From the NCBI GenBank assembly GCA_035310985.1, contig DATGDH010000058.1, positions 130,028 to 194,027 on the forward strand: 64,000 bases of DNA. Reading direction: 5' to 3'. The notes beneath the pieces were generated by a model. That model saw only the letters and a program-made list of their open reading frames with translations, had not been told where the DNA came from and ran no database searches. Positions within the stretch are counted from its first letter, which is position 1, and each line of letters starts with the position of its first letter. Origin of the DNA: Burkholderiales bacterium. Lineage in GTDB: Bacteria > Pseudomonadota > Gammaproteobacteria > Burkholderiales > SG8-39. The position numbers and the translations under genes were made by a program. Positions 15,105 to 24,284 of the stretch are shown piece after piece.

Positions 15105-16446
15105 GCTTAAGCCCGCCCAGCAGGCGCCGGCCGACGGCGATATCGTTCAGCGCCCCCAGGACGTCCTGCAGCGCCTCGAGGTCCCGCAGATAGCGCGTCG
15201 TGCTCCGGCCGCCATAGAGCGACGCGAACGGTTCGCAGGCGTAGCGCAGGCGCTTCACCCGGATACGCAAGCGGTGGCGCTGCGACGCATCCTCCCAGTC
15301 AACCTTATCGCCGCAGCGCCGCAGCCTGCGCTCGAGGCGCGGCAGCACGCGCGCCGCATAAGTTTGCGCGGGCCGCGCCGCCCTACCGTCCGTGTGCCAT
15401 GGCGCCTGCTCCATCCAGCGGAGGACGCCGAGCAGAAAACTTTGCATGCGCGCCGACCGCACGAGCGCCTGCGCCTGGGCAGATGCGCGGGCGCGCGCCG
15501 CGCTCGCTTGCCGCGACAGCCCGTTACGCCGCAGCCCGAGGCAAAACACGTCCCAGTCGCGCGCCCTGCCCAGCACCGGCATCAGCTCCTTCGCCTCGGC
15601 GGCGGGCCCGCGAAACGCATTGCGAGGTTCGAGATCTTCGAAGCTGCGCCAGGCCGCGCGCAGGCGCCTCATGCCCACTCGCAGCTGGTGCAGGTACTCC
15701 GGGTCCGAGGCCTGCGCCACGCCGTCCAGGTTCCCCTCGATCTGCGCAAGGCAGGCCTGCACCACGGCGAGCATTGCGCTCTCCGCTGACGCGGTATGCC
15801 CGAGCGCGGGCCAACGTCCCTTGACCGGCGCGCCGCGCTCACCTGCCGCCAGCCGGTAGCCGCGCTCCGCCTTGCTGAGAGGCTCGAGCTCGAGGCGCAG
15901 CGGCTCGACCAGCCGTTTGGCGAAGTCGAGCATGGCCGTCAAGTCACCTGCAACGAGCTCGAGCTCCAGCTCCTGGATCGGTGCGCGCCGGCGGGCGGCG
16001 GCAATGCTGCCCCGATCGACGCACAGCTCGAGCCGCGTCCCGTCGGGGAGTACGAATTCAGACGAGCGCCGCGTGAAGCGCGTGCTGAAGGCCGGCGCGA
16101 GGCGCGGCGCGAGCGACCGCAGGTCGATGCCGGAGGTCGCGCGGATCTCGGCGAGCGGCAGCGCGTCGACCGCCAGGGCGCGGCGTGCCACCGCCACTTC
16201 CCATTCGCTGCGCTGCGCGAGCCCGCTCGCCGGCGCGGCGTCGCGCTTGAGGCAGATCAGCCAGCGGCGCCCGTCGCGCCGCAGGCGCAGCGCCGCGCGC
16301 GCGGCGCGCAGCCGGCGGTCGGCAGTGTCGTAATAGACGCTTTCCAGCACGCGCCGTCGGACCGGCGCGGGGCGGGGAACCAGGCGCCAGACGCGGGAAG
16401 CGGAGGCCGCGGCAAGCCGGAACTTGAGCTCGCGCTCGACGTGCAT
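14989..16446 (-). CDS. CYTH and CHAD domain-containing protein (triphosphate tunnel metalloenzyme-like)
   Basis: N-terminal VERELKF (ExExK CYTH signature) followed by a long helical Arg/His-rich CHAD-like C-terminal half. Confidence 0.8.
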   Translation of the reverse strand: MHVERELKFRLAAASASRVWRLVPRPAPVRRRVLESVYYDTADRRLRAARAALRLRRDGRRWLICLKRDAAPASGLAQRSEWEVAVARRALAVDALPLAEIRATSGIDLRSLAPRLAPAFSTRFTRRSSEFVLPDGTRLELCVDRGSIAAARRRAPIQELELELVAGDLTAMLDFAKRLVEPLRLELEPLSKAERGYRLAAGERGAPVKGRWPALGHTASAESAMLAVVQACLAQIEGNLDGVAQASDPEYLHQLRVGMRRLRAAWRSFEDLEPRNAFRGPAAEAKELMPVLGRARDWDVFCLGLRRNGLSRQASAARARASAQAQALVRSARMQSFLLGVLRWMEQAPWHTDGRAARPAQTYAARVLPRLERRLRRCGDKVDWEDASQRHRLRIRVKRLRYACEPFASLYGGRSTTRYLRDLEALQDVLGALNDIAVGRRLLGGLKLRRGEGAPVLRSYAARERHLIARLERAWRAWRKATSPW

Positions 16447-16585
16447 CCGCGTGCCGCTCCTCCGGTGGGCTCCAAGGCGCTCCTGCGGGAGCGACAGTTT
16501 ACGCCGGCGCTATGCACGCCGGCGAGCGCATGGTCCTGCTGCGCACGCGGCGCGCCCGCCCCGGACGCGCCGCGCCTGGCCGCGC

Positions 16586-17881
16586 TTAGCCGGTCGCGCC
16601 GGCGAGATGCTGCGCGCCGCCCGCGATCTGCTTCGCGCGCAGCGGCTTGAGCACCACGAGTGCCAGCGCCACGACGATGAAGTTCATCACCGCGGCTACC
16701 ACGAACACCATGTGCCAGCTGCCGGTCGAGTGCTTGATCATGTTCGCGACCGGCACGAGGAACGCTGCCGCACCCTTCGACGTGTACAGCAGGCTCAGGT
16801 TGGTCGTGCCGTACTTCGTCCCGAAGGTGTCGGTGCAGGTCGACGGGAACAGGCTGAAGATCTCGCCCCAGGTCAGGAAGATCAGCGCGGCGAAAATCAC
16901 GAACGCCCAGGGCGCGTGACCCATCGAGCCCAGCAGCCAGTAGCTGATGCCGCCCAGACCGAACGCGATGGCCATCGTGTTCTCGCGACCGATCTGGTCG
17001 GAGATCCAGCCGAACAGCGGGCGCGCGGCCCCGTTCGCCACGTTGTCCACGATCAGCGCCAGCGAGAGCGCCGTGACAGCTCCCAAGATCGGGGTGCTCG
17101 CGATGCCGAAGTCCTTCGCGATCAGAGCGACCTGCGCAGTCGCCATCAGGCCGCTCGCCGCCACCAGCAGGAACATGACGTACAGGACCCAGAAGGTAAC
17201 GGTCTGCAGCATTTCGCCCGGCGTGTAGCTGCGCGCGCTCACGGCGACCTTGACCTTCGCCGCGCTGGGGGTCTGACCCTCGAGCGGTCCGCGCATCGCC
17301 CAAGCGAGGATGAAGATGATCCCGCCCTGGATCAGGCCGAACCAGAAGAACGCTTCCCCGTACCCGCTCGACGCGATCACGTGACGGATCGGGACCACGG
17401 TGAGCGCCGCGCCCGCGCCGAACCCGGCCGCGGTCAGGCCGACGGCCAGGCCGCGCCGGTCGGGAAACCATTTCACCGCATTGCCGACACAGGTCGCATA
17501 CACCGCGCCCGCGCCGGTACCGGTGAGCACCGAGCCGAAATACAGCATGCCGAGCGATTCGGCGCTGCCGTTGACCATCCAGCCCAGCGCAACGAGGATC
17601 CCGCCCACTGCGACGACCAGCTTCGGGCCGCGCGTGGGGCCGAGGCGGTCGGCGATCCAGCCCTCGATCGGCGTGAGCCAGGTCTCGAGCGCGACGAAGA
17701 TGGCGAACGCCACCTGAATGCTCGCGATCGCCCAGCCATGCGCGGCATTGATCGGATGCACGAACAGCGTCCAGCCGTACTGGAGATTGGCGATCATCAC
17801 CATGCAGATGATGCCGACCACGAGCTGGAACCATCGGTTGGGGACGGCGCCGGCGGTGCCGGTCGAATTAGGATTGTTCAA
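16586..17881 (-). CDS. oxlT: oxalate/formate antiporter family MFS transporter
   Basis: 431 aa. Strong N-terminal resemblance to OxlT (NRWFQLVVGI...QYGWTLF...; WFPDRRGLAVGLTAAGFGAGA). AAGGAGGAG SD upstream of the ATG. Confidence 0.82.
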   Translation of the reverse strand: MNNPNSTGTAGAVPNRWFQLVVGIICMVMIANLQYGWTLFVHPINAAHGWAIASIQVAFAIFVALETWLTPIEGWIADRLGPTRGPKLVVAVGGILVALGWMVNGSAESLGMLYFGSVLTGTGAGAVYATCVGNAVKWFPDRRGLAVGLTAAGFGAGAALTVVPIRHVIASSGYGEAFFWFGLIQGGIIFILAWAMRGPLEGQTPSAAKVKVAVSARSYTPGEMLQTVTFWVLYVMFLLVAASGLMATAQVALIAKDFGIASTPILGAVTALSLALIVDNVANGAARPLFGWISDQIGRENTMAIAFGLGGISYWLLGSMGHAPWAFVIFAALIFLTWGEIFSLFPSTCTDTFGTKYGTTNLSLLYTSKGAAAFLVPVANMIKHSTGSWHMVFVVAAVMNFIVVALALVVLKPLRAKQIAGGAQHLAGATG

Positions 17882-17899
17882 TTCACTCCTCCTTGCAGG

Positions 17900-18295
17900 T
17901 TATCTCCACCAATTTGAATTGTGCGCGGCAAGTCCTGCATTCATCTTGCCGCGTTCTGACTGCCTGCTTACAAACGGGCGTCGTGTTCGGTCTTGCGTGC
18001 GCGGCGTGCGCGTCGGACGCTGACTTCCCCTCCGCGCATCCCGTGGGACGGTTCGCCGCCCGAACATCTCCTCCCGGTAGCATGGAGTTTGAGCCCGAGC
18101 CACGGAATTGCATTGACCTCGGACAGGTGTCGTCGTCAGATGTAGGCAAGCAGCTTTGCATCGTCCGCAAGCTTCGCGCGCATCGCCAGTGGCAAAGGCG
18201 GCGCCGCCGTTATCGAGGATGATCTCGGACTGGGCCTGCGCGCCGCTTGCGGCGAGGAGCGACAGGAATAGCGCGATGGGAGCGAGAGTTCTCAT
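17900..18295 (-). pseudogene. probable gene remnant: signal peptide plus ~40 N-terminal residues, then non-coding-like Arg-rich sequence
   Basis: MRTLAPIALFLSLLAASGAQAQSEIILDNGGAAFATGD looks like a genuine secreted N-terminus. The rest (…RRGSQRPTRTPRTQDRTRRP…) lacks coding character, and no other frame continues it. Confidence 0.3.
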
Positions 18296-18738
18296 TGAAC
18301 CACCCCCACCGGCATGTCACCGAGGTACAAGATCTCGCGCTTGAGCCCTCCTCCCGGATCGGTCTCGGCGATCAGGCGGCCGCTGGCGTCGTAGAGGGAC
18401 GGCCGCGTAATCTTGAGGACCGCTTCGACGTCACGAGGCTGCAAGCGTTGCCAGGTCCAGAGCCGGATCCTCCTCGTCCACTGGTAGATGTGCCCGGCGA
18501 CCCAGTCAAGGCTGCCGTGGGTGAACACGCCGGCATCAGTGTCCGTGCCGACCCCCCACTCCCAGGCGGGGCCGTTATTGCCGCCCCGGGCGAGTACCTG
18601 TTCGGCGCTGCCGAACGCGGTGAAGCCCGTGCCCGGGTCGGTGCGCGGCGAGGACAGATGGCAGGCAAGCGACTGCGCCTGGCCGGTGGGAATTCCCGCC
18701 ACGAGGGCGAGCGCGAGCGCGGCGGTGAGCTTCGGCAC
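18292..18738 (-). CDS. hypothetical secreted protein with a YD/RHS-repeat-like C-terminal segment (possibly decayed)
   Basis: Signal peptide MPKLTAALALALVAGIPTGQAQS. The C-terminus YDASGRLIAETDPGGGLKREILYLGDMPVGVV resembles a YD repeat. The middle segment (RRIRLWTWQRLQPRD) looks poor. ATGA overlap with the next ORF. Confidence 0.4.
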   Translation of the reverse strand: MPKLTAALALALVAGIPTGQAQSLACHLSSPRTDPGTGFTAFGSAEQVLARGGNNGPAWEWGVGTDTDAGVFTHGSLDWVAGHIYQWTRRIRLWTWQRLQPRDVEAVLKITRPSLYDASGRLIAETDPGGGLKREILYLGDMPVGVVQ

Positions 18739-19001
18739 GGGCTCTTCCGACGGCCCGCAACCCGAGCAGGCCCGCTCATCGCCGCGACTTTAGAACTGCG
18801 CTACTCTCCTGATGAACGATAAAAAGAGATAGCACTTGCGCCGGGCGATTGCCATCTGCAGCGTAGATCGCATCACCGTAGGCGCAGAACCAGCGAAAGA
18901 TCCTCTAAGCGAGAATCTTGACGAACGCAAGGCGCCGCTTGGGCGCAGACATCGCACATGAATGGCGCAGATGCGCCGACCCTGACCCCGATGGTTCGTA
19001 C

Positions 19002-19217
19002 CTATAACTGCTGCAGGAACTCTTCAGCCGAGACGCCGGCCTGCTTGAGCACGCCGGAGAGCGTCCCGGTTTTGAGTTCCTGATGATTGGGCACGACGCA
19101 GCCGCTTGAGCCGCGGCGCATCACGATGTGGCTACCGCGCTGGCGCGCCACCACGAAGCCCAGCCGCTGTAACGCTCGCACGACCTCCGCCCCGGATACG
19201 CGGGGCAGCTTAGGCAT
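19002..19217 (-). CDS. hicA: type II toxin HicA (mRNA interferase, YcfA family)
   Basis: 71 aa. VVRALQRLGF...RQRGSHIVM... matches the HicA dsRBD-like fold with the conserved GSH motif. Confidence 0.85.
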   Translation of the reverse strand: MPKLPRVSGAEVVRALQRLGFVVARQRGSHIVMRRGSSGCVVPNHQELKTGTLSGVLKQAGVSAEEFLQQL

Positions 19218-19443
19218 GCTCTTCGATCTGGAATGTCGTAATTAGCGGTTGACCGACGGACGGAAGCGGGAACTCCTCGAGATATAGCTCGGTTGCCTCT
19301 CGCAGGTTTGCGAGCGCCTCTTCGATCGACTCGCCCTGCGTGGTGGTCCCGGTTTCCGGATTAAGGGCCGTGAATCCGCCTTCCGGCGCGTGCATCAGTA
19401 CGGCGGTGAGCATCATGAGCGTGATTGTAGTCCGTCGAGCCAT
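19210..19443 (-). CDS. hicB: HicB-like antitoxin (UPF0150 family, single domain)
   Basis: …TAVLMHAPEGGFTALNPETGTTTQGESIEEALANLREATELYLEE is the HicB N-terminal fold. 8-nt overlap with hicA. The true start may be the internal ATG pair at 19416/19413. Confidence 0.75.
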   Translation of the reverse strand: MARRTTITLMMLTAVLMHAPEGGFTALNPETGTTTQGESIEEALANLREATELYLEEFPLPSVGQPLITTFQIEEHA

Positions 19444-19516
19444 CCGACGGTGTGGATCGGCCGGCCGAATTGCGACGTACGAAGACGCCCGCGCGCGGCG
19501 GGGCGTTTCTAGGAAT

Positions 19517-19592
19517 TGGGGTGGCCGATGGGACTCGAACCCACAACAACTGGAATCACAATCCAGGACTCTACCTTTGAGCTACGGCCACC
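19517..19592 (-). tRNA. tRNA-His (anticodon GTG)
   Basis: Reverse complement GGTGGCCGTAGCTCAAAGGTAGAGTCCTGGATTGTGATTCCAGTTGTTGTGGGTTCGAGTCCCATCGGCCACCCCA folds as a cloverleaf. It has the His-specific extra 5' G(-1), anticodon loop TTGTGAT and an encoded CCA. Confidence 0.9.
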
Positions 19593-19650
19593 GTCGTGCT
19601 GCAAAACCGCCGCGCCTCGCGGCGCGTCGCTGCGCTTCATTCGGGCACTC

Positions 19651-19727
19651 TGGCCTGCCCGGCGGGACTCGAACCCACAACCCCCAGCTTAGAAGGCTGG
19701 TGCTCTATCCGGTTGAGCTACGGGCAG
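19651..19727 (-). tRNA. tRNA-Arg (anticodon TCT)
   Basis: Reverse complement CTGCCCGTAGCTCAACCGGATAGAGCACCAGCCTTCTAAGCTGGGGGTTGTGGGTTCGAGTCCCGCCGGGCAGGCCA. It has a perfect 7-bp acceptor stem, anticodon loop CTTCTAA, discriminator G and an encoded CCA. The 5' residue is an unusual C1-G72 pair. Confidence 0.85.
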
Positions 19728-19754
19728 TCCCGCTGGCGCAAGTCCCCGCAAACG

Positions 19755-19831
19755 TGGTCGGGGTGGAGAGATTTGAACTCCCGACATCTTGCTCCCAAAG
19801 CAAGCGCGCTACCAGACTGCGCCACACCCCG
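19755..19831 (-). tRNA. tRNA-Pro (anticodon TGG)
   Basis: Reverse complement CGGGGTGTGGCGCAGTCTGGTAGCGCGCTTGCTTTGGGAGCAAGATGTCGGGAGTTCAAATCTCTCCACCCCGACCA. It has the typical Pro C1-G72 start, anticodon loop TTTGGGA and an encoded CCA. Confidence 0.9.
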
Positions 19832-19845
19832 AAAAACGGTCGCAC

Positions 19846-19874
19846 ATGATACTCCCGGGTACCGCGTGTCGCAA
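19846..19874 (-). promoter_or_regulatory. candidate sigma70 promoter of the tRNA Pro-Arg-His cluster
   Basis: On the minus strand: TTGCGA, a 17-nt spacer, TATCAT, then a GC-rich discriminator (GTGCGACC). The -10 ends 14 nt before the tRNA-Pro 5' end. Confidence 0.4.
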
Positions 19875-19980
19875 CGCAAGCCCGTGATAAATCGGCGATA
19901 TGCGCGCGGTCCGATCTTGCTTGCCGCAGGGGGGCTTTTCTGCTAAAAAGCGCCTTTCCTTTTTTCCGGTTGCTGCACAA

Positions 19981-20406
19981 ATGGCGGTCGAACTCACACG
20001 AAAAGGCTTCACGCCCTACGCTGCGAAGAAGGGCGAGGAGTACATGAACGCCCGGCAGCGCACGCACTTCCGCAAGATCCTCGAGCAGCTGAAGGCCGAG
20101 CTCTCGGAGGAGATCGATCGCACGGTGCACACCATGCAGGACGAGGCCACCGTGTTCGCCGACCCCAACGACCGCGCGAGCCAGGAGTCGGACATGGCGC
20201 TCGAGCTGCGCAACCGCGACCGCGAGCGCAAGCTCATCAAGAAGATCGACGAGACGATCGCGCGCATCGACGCGAATGACTACGGCTATTGCGACAGCTG
20301 CGGCGTCGAGATCGGGCTGAAGCGCCTGGAGGCGCGCCCGACCGCGACGCTGTGCATAGACTGCAAGACGCTCGACGAGATGCGCGAGCGCCAGGTCGCG
20401 AAGTAG
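19981..20406 (+). CDS. dksA: RNA polymerase-binding transcription factor DksA
   Basis: Coiled-coil with the DxxDxA tip (FADPNDRASQESD) and a C4 zinc finger CDSCGVEI...CIDC. Start trimmed to ATG 19981. Confidence 0.9.
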   Translation: MAVELTRKGFTPYAAKKGEEYMNARQRTHFRKILEQLKAELSEEIDRTVHTMQDEATVFADPNDRASQESDMALELRNRDRERKLIKKIDETIARIDANDYGYCDSCGVEIGLKRLEARPTATLCIDCKTLDEMRERQVAK

Positions 20407-20410
20407 GACC

Positions 20411-20432
20411 GCAGGGCCGTTCTCAGCCCTGC
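20411..20432. terminator. perfect 7-bp hairpin between convergent dksA and pnp (possible bidirectional terminator)
   Basis: GCAGGGC-cgttctca-GCCCTGC spans the pnp stop codon. There is no clear U-tract on either side, so function is uncertain. Confidence 0.3.
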
Positions 20433-22528
20433 TTCGCCGTCTCCTGCTGGCTGAGCGCCTTCATCGACAGGCGCACCCTGCCCTTGTCGTCGGCCTCCAG
20501 CACCTTGACCTTTACCGACTGGCCTTCCTTGAGGTGATCTGACACGGCGTTCACGCGCTCGTGGCTGATCTGCGAGATGTGCAGCAACCCGTCGCGCCCA
20601 GGGAGCAGCTGCACGATCGCGCCAAAGTCGAGCAGCCGCAGCACCGTGCCGTCGTACACCTTGCCCACCTCGACGTCCGCGGTGAGCTCCTGGATCTTCT
20701 TCCTGGCCGCCTCGCCGCCCTCCGATGAGACACAGGCGATGTTGATCGTGCCGTCGTCCTCGATCTCGATGGTGGTGCCAGTCTCCTCCTGGATGCCGCG
20801 GATCACCACGCCACCCTTGCCGATCACGTCGCGGATCTTGTCCGGGTTGATCTTCATCTTGATGATGCGCGGCGCGTAGGTCGACAGCTCGGTACGCGAG
20901 CCTTCGATGGCGCGCTTCATCAGCTCCAGGATGTGCATGCGGCCCTCGCGCGCCTGGCTGAGCGCCACCTGCATGATCTCCTTGGTGATCGACTCGATCT
21001 TGAGGTCCATCTGCAGCGCCGTCACGCCGCGCTCCGTGCCGGCGACTTTGAAGTCCATGTCGCCGAGATGGTCCTCGTCGCCGAGGATGTCGGTCAGCAC
21101 AGCGAAGCGGTTGCCTTCCTTGATCAGTCCCATGGCGATTCCGGCAACGTGCGCCTTGGAAGGCACGCCCGCGTCCATCAGTGCGAGGCTGCCGCCGCAC
21201 ACCGATGCCATCGACGATGAGCCGTTCGACTCGGTGATCTCCGAGACCACGCGCAGCGAGTAGCCGAATTCCTCCGGCGTCGGCAACACCGCGACGAGCG
21301 CGCGCTTGGCGAGCCTGCCGTGGCCGATCTCGCGGCGCTTGGGTGGACCCATGCGTCCGACCTCGCCGGTCGCGTAGGGCGGCATGTTGTAGTGGAGCAT
21401 GAAGCGCTCGCGGTATTCGCCGGTGATCGCGTCGACGATCTGCTCGTCGCGGCCCGTGCCGAGGGTCACGGTCACCAGGGCCTGCGTCTCGCCGCGCGTG
21501 AACAGCGCCGAGCCGTGCGTGCGCGGCAGCACGCCGACGCGAATGTCGATCGGCCTCACGGTGCGCGTATCGCGTCCGTCGATGCGCGGCTCTCCGTCCA
21601 GGATCTGGCTGCGCACGATCTTCGACTCGAGATTGAAGAAGACGTCCTTCACCTCGTTCGCGTCTAGCGCCGAGCCCGCCTCCGCTTCCAGCGCGGCGAG
21701 CGCGCCCTTGCGGATCTCGCCCAGCCGCGTATTGCGCGCCTGCTTCTGCTTCATCGCAAACGCCGCGCGCAGGTCGGACTCGGCGAGCGCAGCGACGCGC
21801 GCGACGAGCGCCTGGTTAGCTGCGGGTGGCTGCCATTCCCAGGCGGGCTTGCCTGCCAGTTCGGCGAGTTCGTCGATCGCCTGGATCGCCGCCTGCATCT
21901 GCTCGTGCCCGAATACGACCGCGCCGAGCATGATGTCCTCGGGCAGCTCGAGCGCCTCGGATTCCACCATCAGCACGCCCTGGTCGGTGCCCGCGACCAC
22001 CAGATTGAGCTTCGATTCCTTGAGCTGCGTTGCCGTGGGATTGAGCACGTAGGCGCCGTTCAGATAGCCAACGCGGCAGGCGCCGATCGGCCCGTTGAAC
22101 GGAATGCCCGAGATCGTAAGCGCGGCCGACACGGCGATCATCGCCGGAATATCTGGGTCGACCTCGGGGTTGACCGAGATGACCGTGGCGACGACCTGCA
22201 CCTCGTTGTAGAACCCCTCTGGAAAGAGCGGCCGGATGGGACGGTCGATCAGACGGCAAGTAAGGGTTTCGCGCTCCGAAAGCCGTCCCTCGCGCTTGAA
22301 GAAGCCGCCCGGGATCTTGCCCGCGGCGTAGGTCTTCTCGACGTAATCCACGGTGAGCGGAAAGAAATCCTGCCCAGGACGCGCGTCCTTGGCTGCGACT
22401 ACCGTCGCGAGGACGACGGTGTCGTCCATCGTGCAGACCACCGCTCCGCCAGCCTGGCGCGCGATCTCGCCCGTCTCGAGCGTGACCTGGTGGGCGCCGA
22501 ATGAAAATGTCTTCTTGATTGGATTCAA
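20423..22528 (-). CDS. pnp: polyribonucleotide nucleotidyltransferase (PNPase)
   Basis: 701 aa with two RNase PH-like domains, then KH (…[16 protein letters not shown]) and S1 ([20 protein letters not shown]). The start codon is TTG, preceded by GAGGAA. Confidence 0.95.
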   Translation of the reverse strand: MNPIKKTFSFGAHQVTLETGEIARQAGGAVVCTMDDTVVLATVVAAKDARPGQDFFPLTVDYVEKTYAAGKIPGGFFKREGRLSERETLTCRLIDRPIRPLFPEGFYNEVQVVATVISVNPEVDPDIPAMIAVSAALTISGIPFNGPIGACRVGYLNGAYVLNPTATQLKESKLNLVVAGTDQGVLMVESEALELPEDIMLGAVVFGHEQMQAAIQAIDELAELAGKPAWEWQPPAANQALVARVAALAESDLRAAFAMKQKQARNTRLGEIRKGALAALEAEAGSALDANEVKDVFFNLESKIVRSQILDGEPRIDGRDTRTVRPIDIRVGVLPRTHGSALFTRGETQALVTVTLGTGRDEQIVDAITGEYRERFMLHYNMPPYATGEVGRMGPPKRREIGHGRLAKRALVAVLPTPEEFGYSLRVVSEITESNGSSSMASVCGGSLALMDAGVPSKAHVAGIAMGLIKEGNRFAVLTDILGDEDHLGDMDFKVAGTERGVTALQMDLKIESITKEIMQVALSQAREGRMHILELMKRAIEGSRTELSTYAPRIIKMKINPDKIRDVIGKGGVVIRGIQEETGTTIEIEDDGTINIACVSSEGGEAARKKIQELTADVEVGKVYDGTVLRLLDFGAIVQLLPGRDGLLHISQISHERVNAVSDHLKEGQSVKVKVLEADDKGRVRLSMKALSQQETAKQG

Positions 22529-22606
22529 GGCTATGTTCCTCTAGCAGTATGGGCGCGCCGCAGCGGGCCCGCCGTCCCTGTGCTCAGGGCGCTTGGCGAA
22601 CGCAAC

Positions 22607-22638
22607 AAAAAAAGACGCCCGTCTGTCGAACGAGCGCC
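22607..22638 (-). terminator. intrinsic terminator downstream of rpsO
   Basis: On the minus strand: GGCGCTCG-(9 nt loop)-CGGGCGTC, an 8-bp stem including two G-U pairs, followed directly by TTTTTTT. Confidence 0.6.
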
Positions 22639-22661
22639 TTGAGTCGATACATCGAGGCGAG

Positions 22662-22931
22662 CTACTTGCGCAGGCCGAGCCGATCGATCAGCGCGCGGTA
22701 CTTTTCCGCGTCGCTGCCCTTCAGGTAATCGAGCAGCTTGCGGCGCTGGCTTACCAGCTTGAGCAGCCCGCGGCGCGAGTGGAAGTCTTTCACGTGCGTC
22801 TTGAAGTGCTCGGTTAGGCCGTTGATGCGCTCGGTGAGCAGCGCGACCTGCACTTCTGGCGAGCCGGTGTCACTGCCGGAACGCTGGAATTCTTTGACGA
22901 CCTGCGCCTTCTGCGCGACCTGCAAAACCAT
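22662..22931 (-). CDS. rpsO: 30S ribosomal protein S15
   Basis: 89 aa. …[52 protein letters not shown] is canonical S15. Start trimmed to ATG 22931. Confidence 0.95.
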   Translation of the reverse strand: MVLQVAQKAQVVKEFQRSGSDTGSPEVQVALLTERINGLTEHFKTHVKDFHSRRGLLKLVSQRRKLLDYLKGSDAEKYRALIDRLGLRK

Positions 22932-22995
22932 AATCTCTCCTCGTGCAAACCGCGATTTTACCTTAACGATACCTGCGATCACAAGTTTTTTGATG

Positions 22996-23904
22996 TTATT
23001 CAGCCGCTTGCGCCGCCTCCGGAGAGCGCGCAACCAGCCTTAGCGGGCGCAGCAGGCCGCCCGCGGCATGCTCGCCCAGCCCCAGGACGCGGCGCTGCGG
23101 CCCGAAGATGGCGCACAGCCCGCTCCCGCCGCCGGATAGCTGGATCCGCTGGCCGTTGCAAAAGCGCCGGGCCTGCTGCTCGTCGAGCTCCAGCCGCGGC
23201 AGGTCGCCCAGCAGCGCCTCCAGCGGCATCAGCCGTGCGTCGCGCTCTGCCTCGGCCAGGCCTTGCAGCGCCTCGAGGGTGCTCGCCCGGCCCAGGCCCA
23301 TGCCGCCGGCCGCGGTCCGACGCAAGGCCACCAGGTGCGCGCCGACCCCGAGCGCCGCGCCGATATCCTCCGCCAAGGTGCGCACGTAAGTGCCCTTGCT
23401 GCAGCGAACCCGCAGCTCGAGGTCCGTCCCGTCGCGCGCAAGCAGCTCGAGCATGTGGATCTCGACCTCGCGCGGCTGACGCTCGACGCTGCGCCCCTCG
23501 CGCGCCAGCTCGTACAGCGGCCGACCGCCGTGCTTGAGCGCCGAATACATCGGCGGCACCTGCCGCACGACTCCCCGGAAACGCGCCAGGACCGCCTCTA
23601 TTTCCGCGGCGCTCACGCGCACCTCCCGGCGCTCGAGCGTCTCGCCCTCGGCGTCCCCAGTCGTGGTCGTCTCTCCCAGACGGACGCGCGCGAGGTACTC
23701 CTTGGGCGCATCGAGCAAAGGGCCCGCGAATTTGGTCGCCTCGCCGAACAGCACGACCAACAGGCCCGAAGCTAGCGGGTCTAGCGTGCCCGCGTGACCT
23801 GCCTTCTGCGCGCGATAGAGACGCTTGGCCGATTGCAGGGCGGCGTTCGAGGTGATGCCCGGCGGCTTGTCGAGCAACAGTGCCGCATCGAGCTTTCGAC
23901 GCAT
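22996..23904 (-). CDS. truB: tRNA pseudouridine(55) synthase
   Basis: [16 protein letters not shown]…[26 protein letters not shown] with the catalytic Asp. Start trimmed to ATG 23904, downstream of the rbfA stop. Confidence 0.9.
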   Translation of the reverse strand: MRRKLDAALLLDKPPGITSNAALQSAKRLYRAQKAGHAGTLDPLASGLLVVLFGEATKFAGPLLDAPKEYLARVRLGETTTTGDAEGETLERREVRVSAAEIEAVLARFRGVVRQVPPMYSALKHGGRPLYELAREGRSVERQPREVEIHMLELLARDGTDLELRVRCSKGTYVRTLAEDIGAALGVGAHLVALRRTAAGGMGLGRASTLEALQGLAEAERDARLMPLEALLGDLPRLELDEQQARRFCNGQRIQLSGGGSGLCAIFGPQRRVLGLGEHAAGGLLRPLRLVARSPEAAQAAE

Positions 23905-23918
23905 CGTGCGGCGGGCGA

Positions 23919-24281
23919 TCAGTGCTTGTCGCCGCCTGAAACGCTGTCGATCAGCTGCGACAGGCGCGCGCCGCGTTCGATCGATTCGTCGTACACGAAG
24001 CGCAGTTCCGGCGCAGTGTAGAGCTTGATCCGCTTGGCGAGCTGCGAGCGTAGAAACCCCGCCGCGCGCTGCAACCCTTTGGCAGCCTGTGGGGCATGCG
24101 CCGCGTCCATGCAGGTGAAAAGCACCGTCGCGTATGCGCAATCGGGCGACACCTGCACCCCGGTCAGCGTGACCATCCCGACCGCAGGGTCGCGCAATTC
24201 GCGATGCAGCACATCCGACAGCTCGCGCTGGATCTGGTCGGCGACCTTCTGCGGCCGCCCTCCGCGGCGTGCCTGACGCAC
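23919..24281 (-). CDS. rbfA: ribosome-binding factor A
   Basis: 120 aa. RPQKVADQIQRELSDVL…VTLTGVQVSPDCAYATV…PELRFVYDES matches RbfA. Its position between infB and truB is conserved. Confidence 0.9.
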   Translation of the reverse strand: MRQARRGGRPQKVADQIQRELSDVLHRELRDPAVGMVTLTGVQVSPDCAYATVLFTCMDAAHAPQAAKGLQRAAGFLRSQLAKRIKLYTAPELRFVYDESIERGARLSQLIDSVSGGDKH

Positions 24282-24284
24282 CGG

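Noticed and set aside
17882-18200. Direct repeat of the tRNA-His 3' end (att-like) or an integrase gene bounding the islet
   Set aside because: I could not find a convincing copy of the tRNA 3' segment. GGAGTTTGAGCCCGAGCCAC near 18084 only loosely resembles a T-arm. No ORF resembles an integrase, so island boundaries remain undefined.
18881-18977. GGCGCAGA occurring three times, plus the palindrome GGCGCAGATGCGCC downstream of hicA
   Set aside because: The motifs are short and GC-rich with irregular spacing (61 and 22 nt), and no U-tract follows. They cannot be distinguished from chance without comparative data.
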